Origin: Methanothermobacter thermautotrophicus str. Delta H | GTDB lineage: Archaea > Methanobacteriota > Methanobacteria > Methanobacteriales > Methanothermobacteraceae | Assembly: GCF_000008645.1 (NCBI RefSeq) | Contig: NC_000916.1 | Span: forward strand, 1,350,001-1,382,000 | Direction of reading: 5' to 3' | DNA: 32,000 nucleotides | Shown: piece by piece, positions 1 through 8,420 of the stretch | Layout of the letters: each line of letters begins with the position of its first letter | How positions within the stretch are numbered: position 1 is the first letter of the stretch | Made by a program: the position numbers and the translations under genes | The notes under the pieces: model-generated | The model's input: only the letters and a program-made list of their open reading frames with translations | Told to the model about the DNA's origin: nothing | The model's database searches: none

Positions 1-316
1 ACCCACCCTCAGGGATATTTTCAGTGTCTTCAGAATCCCTGAAACCAAGGATTCCCATCCATATGAGGACTGCTCCACCTGCAGTCCCAAGGATGGCTGG
101 AGCAGGGCCTGATCTGAGGATATAACCCAGGCCCATCAGTATCAGAGTAACAAGGAGAGCCTCTCCGAGGACATGGCCGGCCACAAGGAGGGGTCCGGCC
201 CTGAATCCCCTCCTGATGGAATCTGAAACAGTTACGGTAAGGAGGGGTCCGGGGGCCATGGCCCCGGATAGTCCAATCAGAAATGATGTCAGGGCGAATA
301 GCAGGATACTGATCAT
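1..316 (-). CDS. LysE/RhtB-type multi-span exporter, N-terminal part, truncated by window edge
   Basis: Manual minus-strand translation from ATG 316..314: MISILLFALTSFLIGLSGAMAPGPLLTVTVSDSIRRGFRAGPLLVAGHVLGEALLVTLILMGLGYIL..., open to the edge. The 'APGP...' motif after the first TM segment is typical of LysE-type transporters. Confidence 0.8.
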   Translation of the reverse strand, partial: MISILLFALTSFLIGLSGAMAPGPLLTVTVSDSIRRGFRAGPLLVAGHVLGEALLVTLILMGLGYILRSGPAPAILGTAGGAVLIWMGILGFRDSEDTENIPEGG

Positions 317-328
317 GATTCCACGGCT

Positions 329-493
329 TCAGTTGTATCTGTTCAGTATCCTCATTATCTCTGAGAGGTGGTGGTCTATCTCTTCGATCTCTTCTCTTTT
401 AAGGGACCTTGTCCGGCTAACTATCCTCATCCTCTCGAAGACATGGTCCATCCTTGTGAGGAGTTCATTCATATACGTCCTGGTGGGGTACAT
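329..493 (-). CDS. small conserved-looking 54-aa protein of unknown function, not in ORF track
   Basis: Manual translation MYPTRTYMNELLTRMDHVFERMRIVSRTRSLKREEIEEIDHHLSEIMRILNRYN*, preceded by GGAG 8 nt upstream of ATG, 12 bp before the exporter start on the same strand. Confidence 0.6.
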   Translation of the reverse strand: MYPTRTYMNELLTRMDHVFERMRIVSRTRSLKREEIEEIDHHLSEIMRILNRYN

Positions 494-582
494 GCTATCA
501 GCTCCATATCAATTTCTATCACTCATAGTATAAGGATCCTTCCAGTCATCTGTGATGATTATCGGCGGCAGGGTGCCTCCAG

Positions 583-1575
583 TCATCCCTGAAGATCCAC
601 CTCCAGACCCACTTCACCGGCAACGGCCCTCTCATAGATCATCCATGCTGTTGTTATATCCTGAATGGAGAGTCCAGTCGAATCAAATACGGTCACATCA
701 GCGGGTGAAGTTCTACCCTCAATCTTGCCTGTCATAACATCCCCCAGGCTTCCCTGGAGGTCATCCACCCTGAGGATCCCCTCGGTGATGGGCACGTTTA
801 TTTCTCCGCTGTGGGTTGCCTGCTCCAGGCTGTCATAGAATACACGGGCATTTTTGAGTATCAGAGGGTCCAGTTCCTGCTTCCCTGGGGCGTCTGCACC
901 CATGGCACATATGTGCGTACCCGGCGACACCCAGTCTGCCATGACCACAGGACTCCTTGATGGAGTGACGGTTACAACGATGTCCATACCCTCAACAGCC
1001 TCCCTTGGATCTGTAGCGGCCCTCACGGGGACTTCATATTCCTTTGAAGCCCTTAAGGCAAATTTTTCACGCGTTGACGGTGTCCTGCAGTAGACGCTGA
1101 CCTCCTCAAGATCCGCCACCCTGCTGATTGCCATGAGCTGGGTCCAGGCCTGCCTTCCGGCACCGATTATCCCGAGCCTTGACGCGTCCCTGGATGCAAG
1201 GTACTTCACCGATACACCGCCAGCGGCACCCGTTCTCATATCGGTTATATGGGTTCCATCCATGAGTGCAATGGGGAACCCTGTTTCAGGGTCCACAAGC
1301 TCTATGACAGCCATTACCGTTGGCAGGGAATGCCTATCAGGGTTTGAGGGGTGCACATTGACGCACTTAACACCGGCCATCTCAAGCTCCTCAAGGTAGG
1401 ATGGCATGACACGGAGGTCTCCATTGTATCTCCTGAAGAACAGGTACATCTTAGGGGGCATCTGAACCCTCCCAAGGGCCTCCTGGACAAAGGCACCCTC
1501 AACCGCCTTCAGGCAGTCGTCCATGTTAAGAAGGCCTTCAACATCACTCCTGGTTAGCACAACTGTTTTTTCCAT
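583..1575 (-). CDS. ornithine cyclodeaminase / alanine dehydrogenase family (mu-crystallin family)
   Basis: ORF 583..1602; contains LGIIGAGRQAWTQLMAI and MICAMGADAPGKQELD-type family motifs. Start placed at MEKTVVLTRSDV with upstream GGTGG. Confidence 0.85.
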   Translation of the reverse strand: MEKTVVLTRSDVEGLLNMDDCLKAVEGAFVQEALGRVQMPPKMYLFFRRYNGDLRVMPSYLEELEMAGVKCVNVHPSNPDRHSLPTVMAVIELVDPETGFPIALMDGTHITDMRTGAAGGVSVKYLASRDASRLGIIGAGRQAWTQLMAISRVADLEEVSVYCRTPSTREKFALRASKEYEVPVRAATDPREAVEGMDIVVTVTPSRSPVVMADWVSPGTHICAMGADAPGKQELDPLILKNARVFYDSLEQATHSGEINVPITEGILRVDDLQGSLGDVMTGKIEGRTSPADVTVFDSTGLSIQDITTAWMIYERAVAGEVGLEVDLQG

Positions 1576-1805
1576 GCATCCACCGTCCCCATTTAATAAC
1601 AATCAGGGTCAATCTACCAATCTTTAAATATTGAACATCTCACATTTATTAGTGTTGGAAATGAAATTAAAACCACGGATGAGTACTGTCATGGCTGTCC
1701 CGGCGGTCCATGGACCGGAAACTCCACCCTCGAGGCAGTCATGGCAGCTATTAAGGTTGATCAGACTTATATCTCACTTCAACTTGAAATATAAGGGTGT
1801 TAAAG

Positions 1806-3161
1806 ATGGAAACTGTTGATAAGGTTGATATGATTAAGAATCATGGCCTGACCGCATCAGAAAATCTTGAAAAATTTCTTAAGAGGATTGAGGCAAAAAA
1901 CGATGACATCAACGCCTTCCTGGAGGTTAGGGGTGAAGAGGCGATTAAGAGGGCTGAGGAGATAGACGCCAGGATAGCCTCCGGCAAGGAGACAGGGAAA
2001 CTGGCGGGCCTGGTGATAGGAGTTAAAAGCAACATCAACGTGGAGGACTTCAACGTATCAGCAGCTTCAAAGACCCTCGAAAATTACACTGGAAGCTACG
2101 ATGCAACTGTTATAAGGCGCATAAAGGAAGAAGACGGTATAATAATTGGCATGACCAACATGGACGAATTCGCTGCCGGGAGTTCAACCGAGACATCATT
2201 CTTTGGCCCAACAGACAATCCAGCAGCCCCCGGGAGGATCCCGGGAGGTTCAAGCGGCGGGAGCGCTGCTGCAGTGGCTGCTGGTATGTGTGACCTGGCA
2301 CTGGGATCAGATACAGGGGGTTCAATAAGGAATCCAGCATCGCACTGCGGTGTAATGGGCTTCAAACCAACCTATGGGGCAGTATCCAGGCAGGGCCTCC
2401 TGGACCTTGCCATGAGCTTTGACCAGATAGGACCCCTGGCAGCAGATGTATCCGGGATCTCACTTGCACTGGATGTCATCTCAGGTTATGACCCGGCAGA
2501 CCCCACAACCCTGGACAGTTCACCGGACCTTGAGGTGGAGAGGGAACTGAAGGGCCTCAGGGTCGGTGTTGTGAGGGAGTTCCTTGAGGTCACAGATGAG
2601 GCAATAGATGAGGTTATTCAGGGGAAACTCGGAGCCATGGAGGATGAGGGCGCCGAGATAGTTGAACTGGATTTTGGATACATAGACCTCTGTCTCCCCA
2701 CCTACTACCTCATAAACTACGTTGAATTCTTTTCAGCCACCAGGAAGTATGACGGCAGAAAGTACGGTCACAGGATAGAGGATGTCTGCGGTTCGGAGGT
2801 CCTCAGGAGGATACATATGGGTTCCTACATCAGTCAGAAGGAACTATCTGGAAAATACTACAAGAGGGCCCTCCAGGCAAGATCCCTCATAAGGAGGGAG
2901 ATAACAGGGCTTCTCAGCCATGTGGACATAATAGCGGGGCCAACGGTTCCAAAGCTACCCCACACACTGGGTGAGGAGCTTGAACCAATGGAGATGTACG
3001 CCTACGATGTCCTCACGGTCATAGCTAACCTTGCAGGTATACCCGCTGCAAGCATACCTGCAGGGGATGTGGGCGGAGTCCCTGTTGGCCTGCAGCTCCA
3101 GGCAAAGCCAGGAGATGATGGCATGATAGTATCGGCCATGAGGGAGATTGCTTCACTGTAA
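1806..3161 (+). CDS. gatA: glutamyl-tRNA(Gln)/aspartyl-tRNA(Asn) amidotransferase subunit A
   Basis: Amidase signature with GVKSNINVEDF, GSSGGSAAAVAAGMCDLALGSDTGGSIRNPASHCGVMGFKPTYG. ATG at 1806 inside ORF 1797..3161. Confidence 0.93.
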   Translation: METVDKVDMIKNHGLTASENLEKFLKRIEAKNDDINAFLEVRGEEAIKRAEEIDARIASGKETGKLAGLVIGVKSNINVEDFNVSAASKTLENYTGSYDATVIRRIKEEDGIIIGMTNMDEFAAGSSTETSFFGPTDNPAAPGRIPGGSSGGSAAAVAAGMCDLALGSDTGGSIRNPASHCGVMGFKPTYGAVSRQGLLDLAMSFDQIGPLAADVSGISLALDVISGYDPADPTTLDSSPDLEVERELKGLRVGVVREFLEVTDEAIDEVIQGKLGAMEDEGAEIVELDFGYIDLCLPTYYLINYVEFFSATRKYDGRKYGHRIEDVCGSEVLRRIHMGSYISQKELSGKYYKRALQARSLIRREITGLLSHVDIIAGPTVPKLPHTLGEELEPMEMYAYDVLTVIANLAGIPAASIPAGDVGGVPVGLQLQAKPGDDGMIVSAMREIASL

Positions 3162-3174
3162 GAGAGTGTCCCCC

Positions 3175-4638
3175 ATGAGGATTGGACTCGTCTGTATCAG
3201 GGGATCGGTCCCTGCCTTTGAGAACTTTGGATTTCTCCCCACCGATATAGTTGGAAGCAATGGTCTTGTAAACGGTTCAAGGGCCCACAGGGTCCTGGAC
3301 GGGATCATAATACCAGGGGGAAGTATCGTTGAGTCAGGAAGCCTTTCACCTGAACTTGCATTTGAGATAAGAAGGATGGCATCGGACGGAAAATTTGTCC
3401 TGGGTATATGCTCAGGATTCCAGGCCCTGGCAGAGAGGACCGATATAGGGAGAAAATCGCCATGCCCTGTTTACAGGGAGGGTCTCGGGCTCCTCAACGT
3501 AACATTCCACCCCATGATAAGCAACGACAGGGTGGAGGCCACCATAACCGGCGAGTCCTTCCTGACCTCAGGGATGTCAGGTGAGAGGATAACTGGCTTC
3601 CACTGCCATACCTACGGTGAGATACGTGGTGATGCACCTGAGATAATGAAGTCCCGCATAGTCAGGGCAGACTATCATGAAAGGCCAGGGGAGATCCTAT
3701 CAGGGGTCTGCAGTGATGATGGTAACGTGGCAGGGACCATGGTCCACGGATGCCTCGATGAGAACCAGACCCTTGTCAGTAACATCCTCAAATTCCTTGA
3801 TGCGGATGAAACTGCAAGGGAGAGGATACTTGAAGCCAACAGGAAACTGCGGGAAGCTCTGAGATCTGAGCTCGGGATATCAACGGGGATACGTGTTATG
3901 GATAGGGGCGGGACGAGGGGCACCCCACCAGCCATAATGATAGCATCCACGGGTTCAGACTCCGGCAAAACATTCATATTAACGGGCCTTGCAGGCGCCC
4001 TGAGGAGGAGGGGCCTCAGGGTGGGCGTTATCAAGGTGGGACCCGATGTCAGGGACATAGTCCCGGCCCTCTACCTCATAAAGGAGCCCATGGAGGAGCA
4101 CTCATCCATAAGGATAGGGCGCCTGGGCTGGATGGAGCTCAGGGATGTCCTTGAATCTGTGAGGGGAAGATACGACATAATACTCATCGAGGGCGTTATG
4201 AGCATCCTCACAGGTCTCCTGAACGATATAACACCCTACTCCGGGGCTGAGATTGCCCTGGCAGCAGGTATCCCCCTGATTATGGTGGCAGGTTGCAGCA
4301 AGGGGGGTATAGAGTCTGCGGTGGTTGATCTTGACGCCCACATATCGGTACTTGAGGGACTGGGCCTTGAGGTCTCCTGCGGAATACTCAACAGGGTCTA
4401 TGATATGGATATATTTGAGAGGGCATCAGGCGGAAGGTACCTTGCCATTCCGAGGGTGGAGATGAGTGAGAGGGGCGGCACACCCGAGGTTGAGATAAAA
4501 CTTGAGGACTTCTGCCTGAAGGCCATGGAGACCGTGGAGGAGCACCTTGATGTTGATACCCTCATCAGCTTCGCAAAAAAACCAGAATTCAGGGGTTATA
4601 TGGGCCCTGAAGAAATCAAAAAGGTATTCAGTCCCTGA
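3175..4638 (+). CDS. CobB/CobQ-like protein: class I glutamine amidotransferase domain followed by dethiobiotin-synthetase-like P-loop domain
   Basis: N-terminal DGIIIPGGSIVESG...LGICSGFQALAE...MVHGCLDE; C-terminal IMIASTGSDSGKTFILTGLAGALRRRGLRVGVIKVGPD...YDIILIEGVMSILTG. Confidence 0.8.
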   Translation: MRIGLVCIRGSVPAFENFGFLPTDIVGSNGLVNGSRAHRVLDGIIIPGGSIVESGSLSPELAFEIRRMASDGKFVLGICSGFQALAERTDIGRKSPCPVYREGLGLLNVTFHPMISNDRVEATITGESFLTSGMSGERITGFHCHTYGEIRGDAPEIMKSRIVRADYHERPGEILSGVCSDDGNVAGTMVHGCLDENQTLVSNILKFLDADETARERILEANRKLREALRSELGISTGIRVMDRGGTRGTPPAIMIASTGSDSGKTFILTGLAGALRRRGLRVGVIKVGPDVRDIVPALYLIKEPMEEHSSIRIGRLGWMELRDVLESVRGRYDIILIEGVMSILTGLLNDITPYSGAEIALAAGIPLIMVAGCSKGGIESAVVDLDAHISVLEGLGLEVSCGILNRVYDMDIFERASGGRYLAIPRVEMSERGGTPEVEIKLEDFCLKAMETVEEHLDVDTLISFAKKPEFRGYMGPEEIKKVFSP

Positions 4639-4650
4639 ATCCCCGTCTTT

Positions 4651-4679
4651 GGGATCCCAGCCATCAGGGGCTGGATCCC
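4651..4679. terminator. GC-rich hairpin between convergent genes
   Basis: GGGATCCCAGCC-atcagg-GGCTGGATCCC: near-complete inverted repeat (one bulge) in the 74-bp gap between convergent CDS ends at 4638 and 4713. Confidence 0.5.
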
Positions 4680-4712
4680 CTATTTCCGGGAATTAAACCA
4701 TCAGGTCAGGTT

Positions 4713-5438
4713 TTAGATTCCCATATCCTCTTCAGGGATCTCCTCACCCTCAGTTATGGTTATACCCTCCTCGCCACCGATCTCATATGTGAGGAACTGG
4801 AGGGGTGTTTTGGTGCTTCTCATCTTGACTATGTCCATTATCCGCTCCCTGCGACCGGTGTAGGGGTTCTCCCTTCTACCAAGTTTTATGGCGCCGTATA
4901 CCGAGAAGAGAGCAAGTTCATTGAACTCCTTGGAGGTTGCACTGTCCAGTATTATGACGGATGTTATACCCCGCTGTTTGAGCTCATATACGAGGAGATC
5001 AAACTGGTTCCTGAATTCATAGGCTGTGAGTTTGGCTGTGTAGCCACCCAGACTGTCTATGACAACCACCTCGGCCTCGGGGGGTATGTCATGTATTATC
5101 TTGGTGAAGTTGCCCTTCATGGGGTCCATGTCCATGCTTAGCTCTGCCTCGGTTATCCTCGCCCTTATACCTGTAAGTTCTATGAAGTTGAGGAGTCCCT
5201 TCTCCTCCAGCTCCTGGGTGTTCCAGCCGAAGGAGTTTGCCTGTATGTGGAGGTCATTGGCGTCCTCCTCTGCTGTTATGTAGACGGTGTTGTAACCCTC
5301 CATGCAGCTGCTTATGGCAAACCGCAGCCCGAAGATGGTCTTACCACACCCGGGCTCCCCTGTTATCAGAACAGATCTCCCCATGGGAAACCGCCTATGA
5401 TCATCAAGTCCATTGATCCCTATCTTCAGCCTCTCCAT
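4713..5438 (-). CDS. KaiC/RadA-like single-domain RecA-superfamily ATPase
   Basis: [14 protein letters not shown] Walker [10 protein letters not shown] Walker B, KaiC-type overall layout. ATG 5438 has GGTG 6 nt upstream. Confidence 0.8.
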   Translation of the reverse strand: MERLKIGINGLDDHRRFPMGRSVLITGEPGCGKTIFGLRFAISSCMEGYNTVYITAEEDANDLHIQANSFGWNTQELEEKGLLNFIELTGIRARITEAELSMDMDPMKGNFTKIIHDIPPEAEVVVIDSLGGYTAKLTAYEFRNQFDLLVYELKQRGITSVIILDSATSKEFNELALFSVYGAIKLGRRENPYTGRRERIMDIVKMRSTKTPLQFLTYEIGGEEGITITEGEEIPEEDMGI

Positions 5439-5449
5439 TATGAACACCT

Positions 5450-6139
5450 CTATGATCTGAACTCCATGTATGATTCAATAAGTTCTGCACCGCTCATGAA
5501 AATAAGGTCATGTTCCCTGGCGTATTTCATGGCGTCCTCTGTTGAAAGAGAGTTACCTGTCCTGTCATCCATCATCTCACAGCAGACAGCAACACCGGTA
5601 AGTCCGGCCATTTCCATGAGGGCTATGCTCATCTCGGTGTGACCCCCCCTCCTGAGTACATGGCCATCAGCGGCCCTGAGGAGGGTGACATGACCGGGGG
5701 ACCTGAAGAGGTCGCCGAAGCTCTCATGTCTATCATCCCTGCAGATCCCTGCAAGTTCACCTATGGTGAGGGCACGGTCATTGTCGGTTATACCGGTGAA
5801 GGTCTTCCTGTGATTCACGGTTATGGAGAAGGCGGACTTCTCATCGTAGGGTATGTCATGGGGGGATAGTTTTCCCAGGACCGGGTACCTCCCTGACGCC
5901 TCCTCCATTATATCGGTCATGTAGGGTATTCCAAGCTTCTCTGAGTTTTCCCAGGAGACAGGCACACATATGAGTCCCCCGGCGTCGTTCCTCATGATCC
6001 TTATATGCTCCGGTTTTATCTTCTCAGCAGCAACGATCATGTCTGTTTCTCTTTCACGGTTATCTGCATCAAATACAAGGACTATTTCTCCCCTTCTAAG
6101 TGCTTTAAGGGCTTCCTGAATCATGATCACAATCTCCAT
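5450..6139 (-). CDS. ribB: 3,4-dihydroxy-2-butanone 4-phosphate synthase
   Basis: [68 protein letters not shown]. Start may be 6124 (MIQEALKAL). Confidence 0.93.
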   Translation of the reverse strand: MEIVIMIQEALKALRRGEIVLVFDADNRERETDMIVAAEKIKPEHIRIMRNDAGGLICVPVSWENSEKLGIPYMTDIMEEASGRYPVLGKLSPHDIPYDEKSAFSITVNHRKTFTGITDNDRALTIGELAGICRDDRHESFGDLFRSPGHVTLLRAADGHVLRRGGHTEMSIALMEMAGLTGVAVCCEMMDDRTGNSLSTEDAMKYAREHDLIFMSGAELIESYMEFRS

Positions 6140-6223
6140 TGATAATCCTGATGTATATTTTATCCTGAGATTTAATCGGCGGCTATGCTGAGCTATTATC
6201 TATTCATTCCAGCCTGATGTCTG

Positions 6224-6592
6224 TTATTCCTGAATTTCACTGGTGTCTATATCCAGGCTAACGGTATCTCCATCCCTTAATTTAAGGGTTTTTCTGAGGT
6301 TCACAGGGGCCACAAATTCAAGACACCCCTGCCGGTGATGGGTCTTAAGGGGGAAGAGTATGGCCCCCTCAACCACCCCGTTGAGCAGGGCCTTAACGTA
6401 GAGGACATCACCGAAGCCACCGCCTCCCTGTATCACAGGGGCCCCCTCCCTTATCCTCTCCACAATTTCAGGGTCACCGACCTCTATGTTGAGGGTGCCG
6501 GGGAAGGGATCGAAGCCCAGTTTTTCCCTGAACTGGTCCCGGTATACGCTACGGGTTATGAAGTAGGCCCCCTCACCGAAACCTGATTTCAC
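6224..6592 (-). CDS. ribK: CTP-dependent riboflavin kinase (archaeal type)
   Basis: GFGEGAYFITRSVYRDQFREKLGFDPFPGTLNIEV and HHRQGCLEFVAPVNLRKTLKLRDGDTVSLDI match the archaeal CTP-dependent riboflavin kinase pattern. AGGTG upstream of ATG; near ribB on the same strand. Confidence 0.88.
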   Translation of the reverse strand: MKSGFGEGAYFITRSVYRDQFREKLGFDPFPGTLNIEVGDPEIVERIREGAPVIQGGGGFGDVLYVKALLNGVVEGAILFPLKTHHRQGCLEFVAPVNLRKTLKLRDGDTVSLDIDTSEIQE

Positions 6593-6614
6593 CTTTCCTC
6601 TGATAATCAGAGGT

Positions 6615-8213
6615 TCACCCCCTTAACCTGCACCTTATTGTTGAGAACAGCGGTCCCCTCAGGTCGATCTCCCGGTTTTTACCGGTTATGTACCTCATGG
6701 CGGTGTCCTCAAGGGTGAGGTTCAGGTCAGAGAGGGATCTTGCTATTGTGCTCCTCACCTCAACCTCCTCGGCGCCACTTACAACCATCTCCTCTATGCG
6801 GTAGGCTGCCTCGGCTGCAAGGGCCTCCATGTAGGTTATACCGGTGTTCAGGCCCTCCTTCCTGGCCCTGGTGATGAGTTCGCTGTCGAGCTCGGTTCCA
6901 GGTGGCACACCCAGGATGTTCCCATCATGTATGTAAACGGTGTTCCATACTGCGGGTCCCAGCAGCCGTGTGTTCTCCTCCACCTCAAGGGCACTCACCT
7001 CTATCCTCCGCCCAAGGAATTCCCCACTGTAGACCTCGAAGCTGCAGGGGGACGGGGCGTCTGCATGGGCCCTCCAGGTTTTGACTATCTTCTCCATGAG
7101 CATACGGCCATCTGAGGTTACAGGGTGGAGGTTTATCCTGAGCATCTCGGCGATGTCCCTGTCAGACAGTCGCCATTCACCGTATATCTGGGGGTAGACC
7201 ATTTCACGCACGTCGCTTGCCTGGTTGAGGATCATGGCAACCCTTTCAACCCCCACCCCAAGGTTCATGACCTCCTGGTCTATCCCGTACATGGAAAGGG
7301 CTATCGGTGAATAGAGGCCGAATGTTGCCACCTCAACCCACTCCTTAAGGAGAGGGTGGTAGGCGTAGACCTCTGTCTGGGTGCCGGGTATGTAGTACTT
7401 GGACTTCTTCTCATCTGGGCGGAACCTGAACCTTGAAAATCCCAGGTGCTCGAGGAGCCCCTCTGCAACGGCCTTCCCCACATCAAGGGGGACCTCATGG
7501 TCAACCACCACACAGGAGGCGGAGTGATAGGTCATCAGGTGACTGGAGTCCTCCTTCTGCTCCCTCCGGAAGCAGCGGTCGATGGAGAAAAGCTTTAGTG
7601 GCATCCTGTACCTGTCGTGGATGTTCTGGAGTGATATGAACCATCCTGATGTCATGTGGGACCTGAGGGTGGTTCTCCCTGAGACTGGTTTGAGGTCCCT
7701 TATCTCAGGGAAGACCCTCTCAAGGACCCTCAGACCGTCGTGGCTCTCAACTTCAAGGGCATTGGATACCTCGAGGACGAGGTCGTCCCCTGAAAGATCC
7801 CCCTTCTTGTATGACCTGAAGACCTCCTTCAGGTTTTCTAGCTTCTCATCAGACACATCTATGCCCATATCCTCTATCATCTGGATCCTCCCGGTCCCGA
7901 GTCCGATATCGGGTCTTGGGAGACCCCCGAGGTAGAAGCACCTGTCCAGGACTGCAGGGGCCTCGGGCCCGAACTGGCGGTATATGTGCTCCTCGTCTAT
8001 GAGGAGAGGGTTCACCATTTCACTGAATCCAAGGCGCAGGTAGGCCTCCCTTATCATCCAGATGGTATCATAGAGTACGTGCGATTTTCCGGTTTCGAAT
8101 CGGAGGCGTGGATACTGCATGTCATGGTGGGGTTTCCTTAGACTCTTCCCACTTTCAAGCCATGCCCTTTCAAAGTCCCTCCTTGAAAGCTTCACTATAT
8201 CCTTTCTTTTCAA
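6615..8213 (-). CDS. sepS: O-phosphoseryl-tRNA(Cys) synthetase (SepRS)
   Basis: ORF with PLLIDEEHIYRQFGPEAPAVLDRCFYLGGLPRPD, TTLRSHMTSGWFISL, RYITGKNREIDLRGPLF. Start is TTG 8213, or GTG 8195 which has a better AAGG Shine-Dalgarno. Confidence 0.93.
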   Translation of the reverse strand: MKRKDIVKLSRRDFERAWLESGKSLRKPHHDMQYPRLRFETGKSHVLYDTIWMIREAYLRLGFSEMVNPLLIDEEHIYRQFGPEAPAVLDRCFYLGGLPRPDIGLGTGRIQMIEDMGIDVSDEKLENLKEVFRSYKKGDLSGDDLVLEVSNALEVESHDGLRVLERVFPEIRDLKPVSGRTTLRSHMTSGWFISLQNIHDRYRMPLKLFSIDRCFRREQKEDSSHLMTYHSASCVVVDHEVPLDVGKAVAEGLLEHLGFSRFRFRPDEKKSKYYIPGTQTEVYAYHPLLKEWVEVATFGLYSPIALSMYGIDQEVMNLGVGVERVAMILNQASDVREMVYPQIYGEWRLSDRDIAEMLRINLHPVTSDGRMLMEKIVKTWRAHADAPSPCSFEVYSGEFLGRRIEVSALEVEENTRLLGPAVWNTVYIHDGNILGVPPGTELDSELITRARKEGLNTGITYMEALAAEAAYRIEEMVVSGAEEVEVRSTIARSLSDLNLTLEDTAMRYITGKNREIDLRGPLFSTIRCRLRG

Positions 8214-8315
8214 ACAGAACCCCCAGTGATCATTATCGAATAAATCAGGCGACTGATCCTGATTGAAGGCTTAAATCCATACATCACCCTCAGATTAGAA
8301 CGTCCGTAGAGGACC

Positions 8316-8373
8316 GGGTGATGGTTCATCACCTGAGCTTGACTTTATTCTCGGTTATGGTTCATCACCTTAA
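8316..8373. repeat. two direct copies of a ~22-bp element upstream of tfrA
   Basis: GGGTGATGGTTCATCACCTGAG (8316-8337) and CGGTTATGGTTCATCACCTAAC (8352-8373), 36-bp spacing. Copy 1 contains the inverted repeat GGTGAT-ggttc-ATCACC. Confidence 0.75.
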
Positions 8374-8384
8374 CTATTGACTGC

Positions 8385-8397
8385 CAAACCTTATAAT
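8385..8397 (+). promoter_or_regulatory. putative TATA/BRE element for tfrA
   Basis: AACCTTATAATAATG-type sequence about 25-30 nt before ATG 8421. Confidence 0.4.
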
Positions 8398-8420
8398 AAT
8401 GAATGCTAAAAATATTGTCC

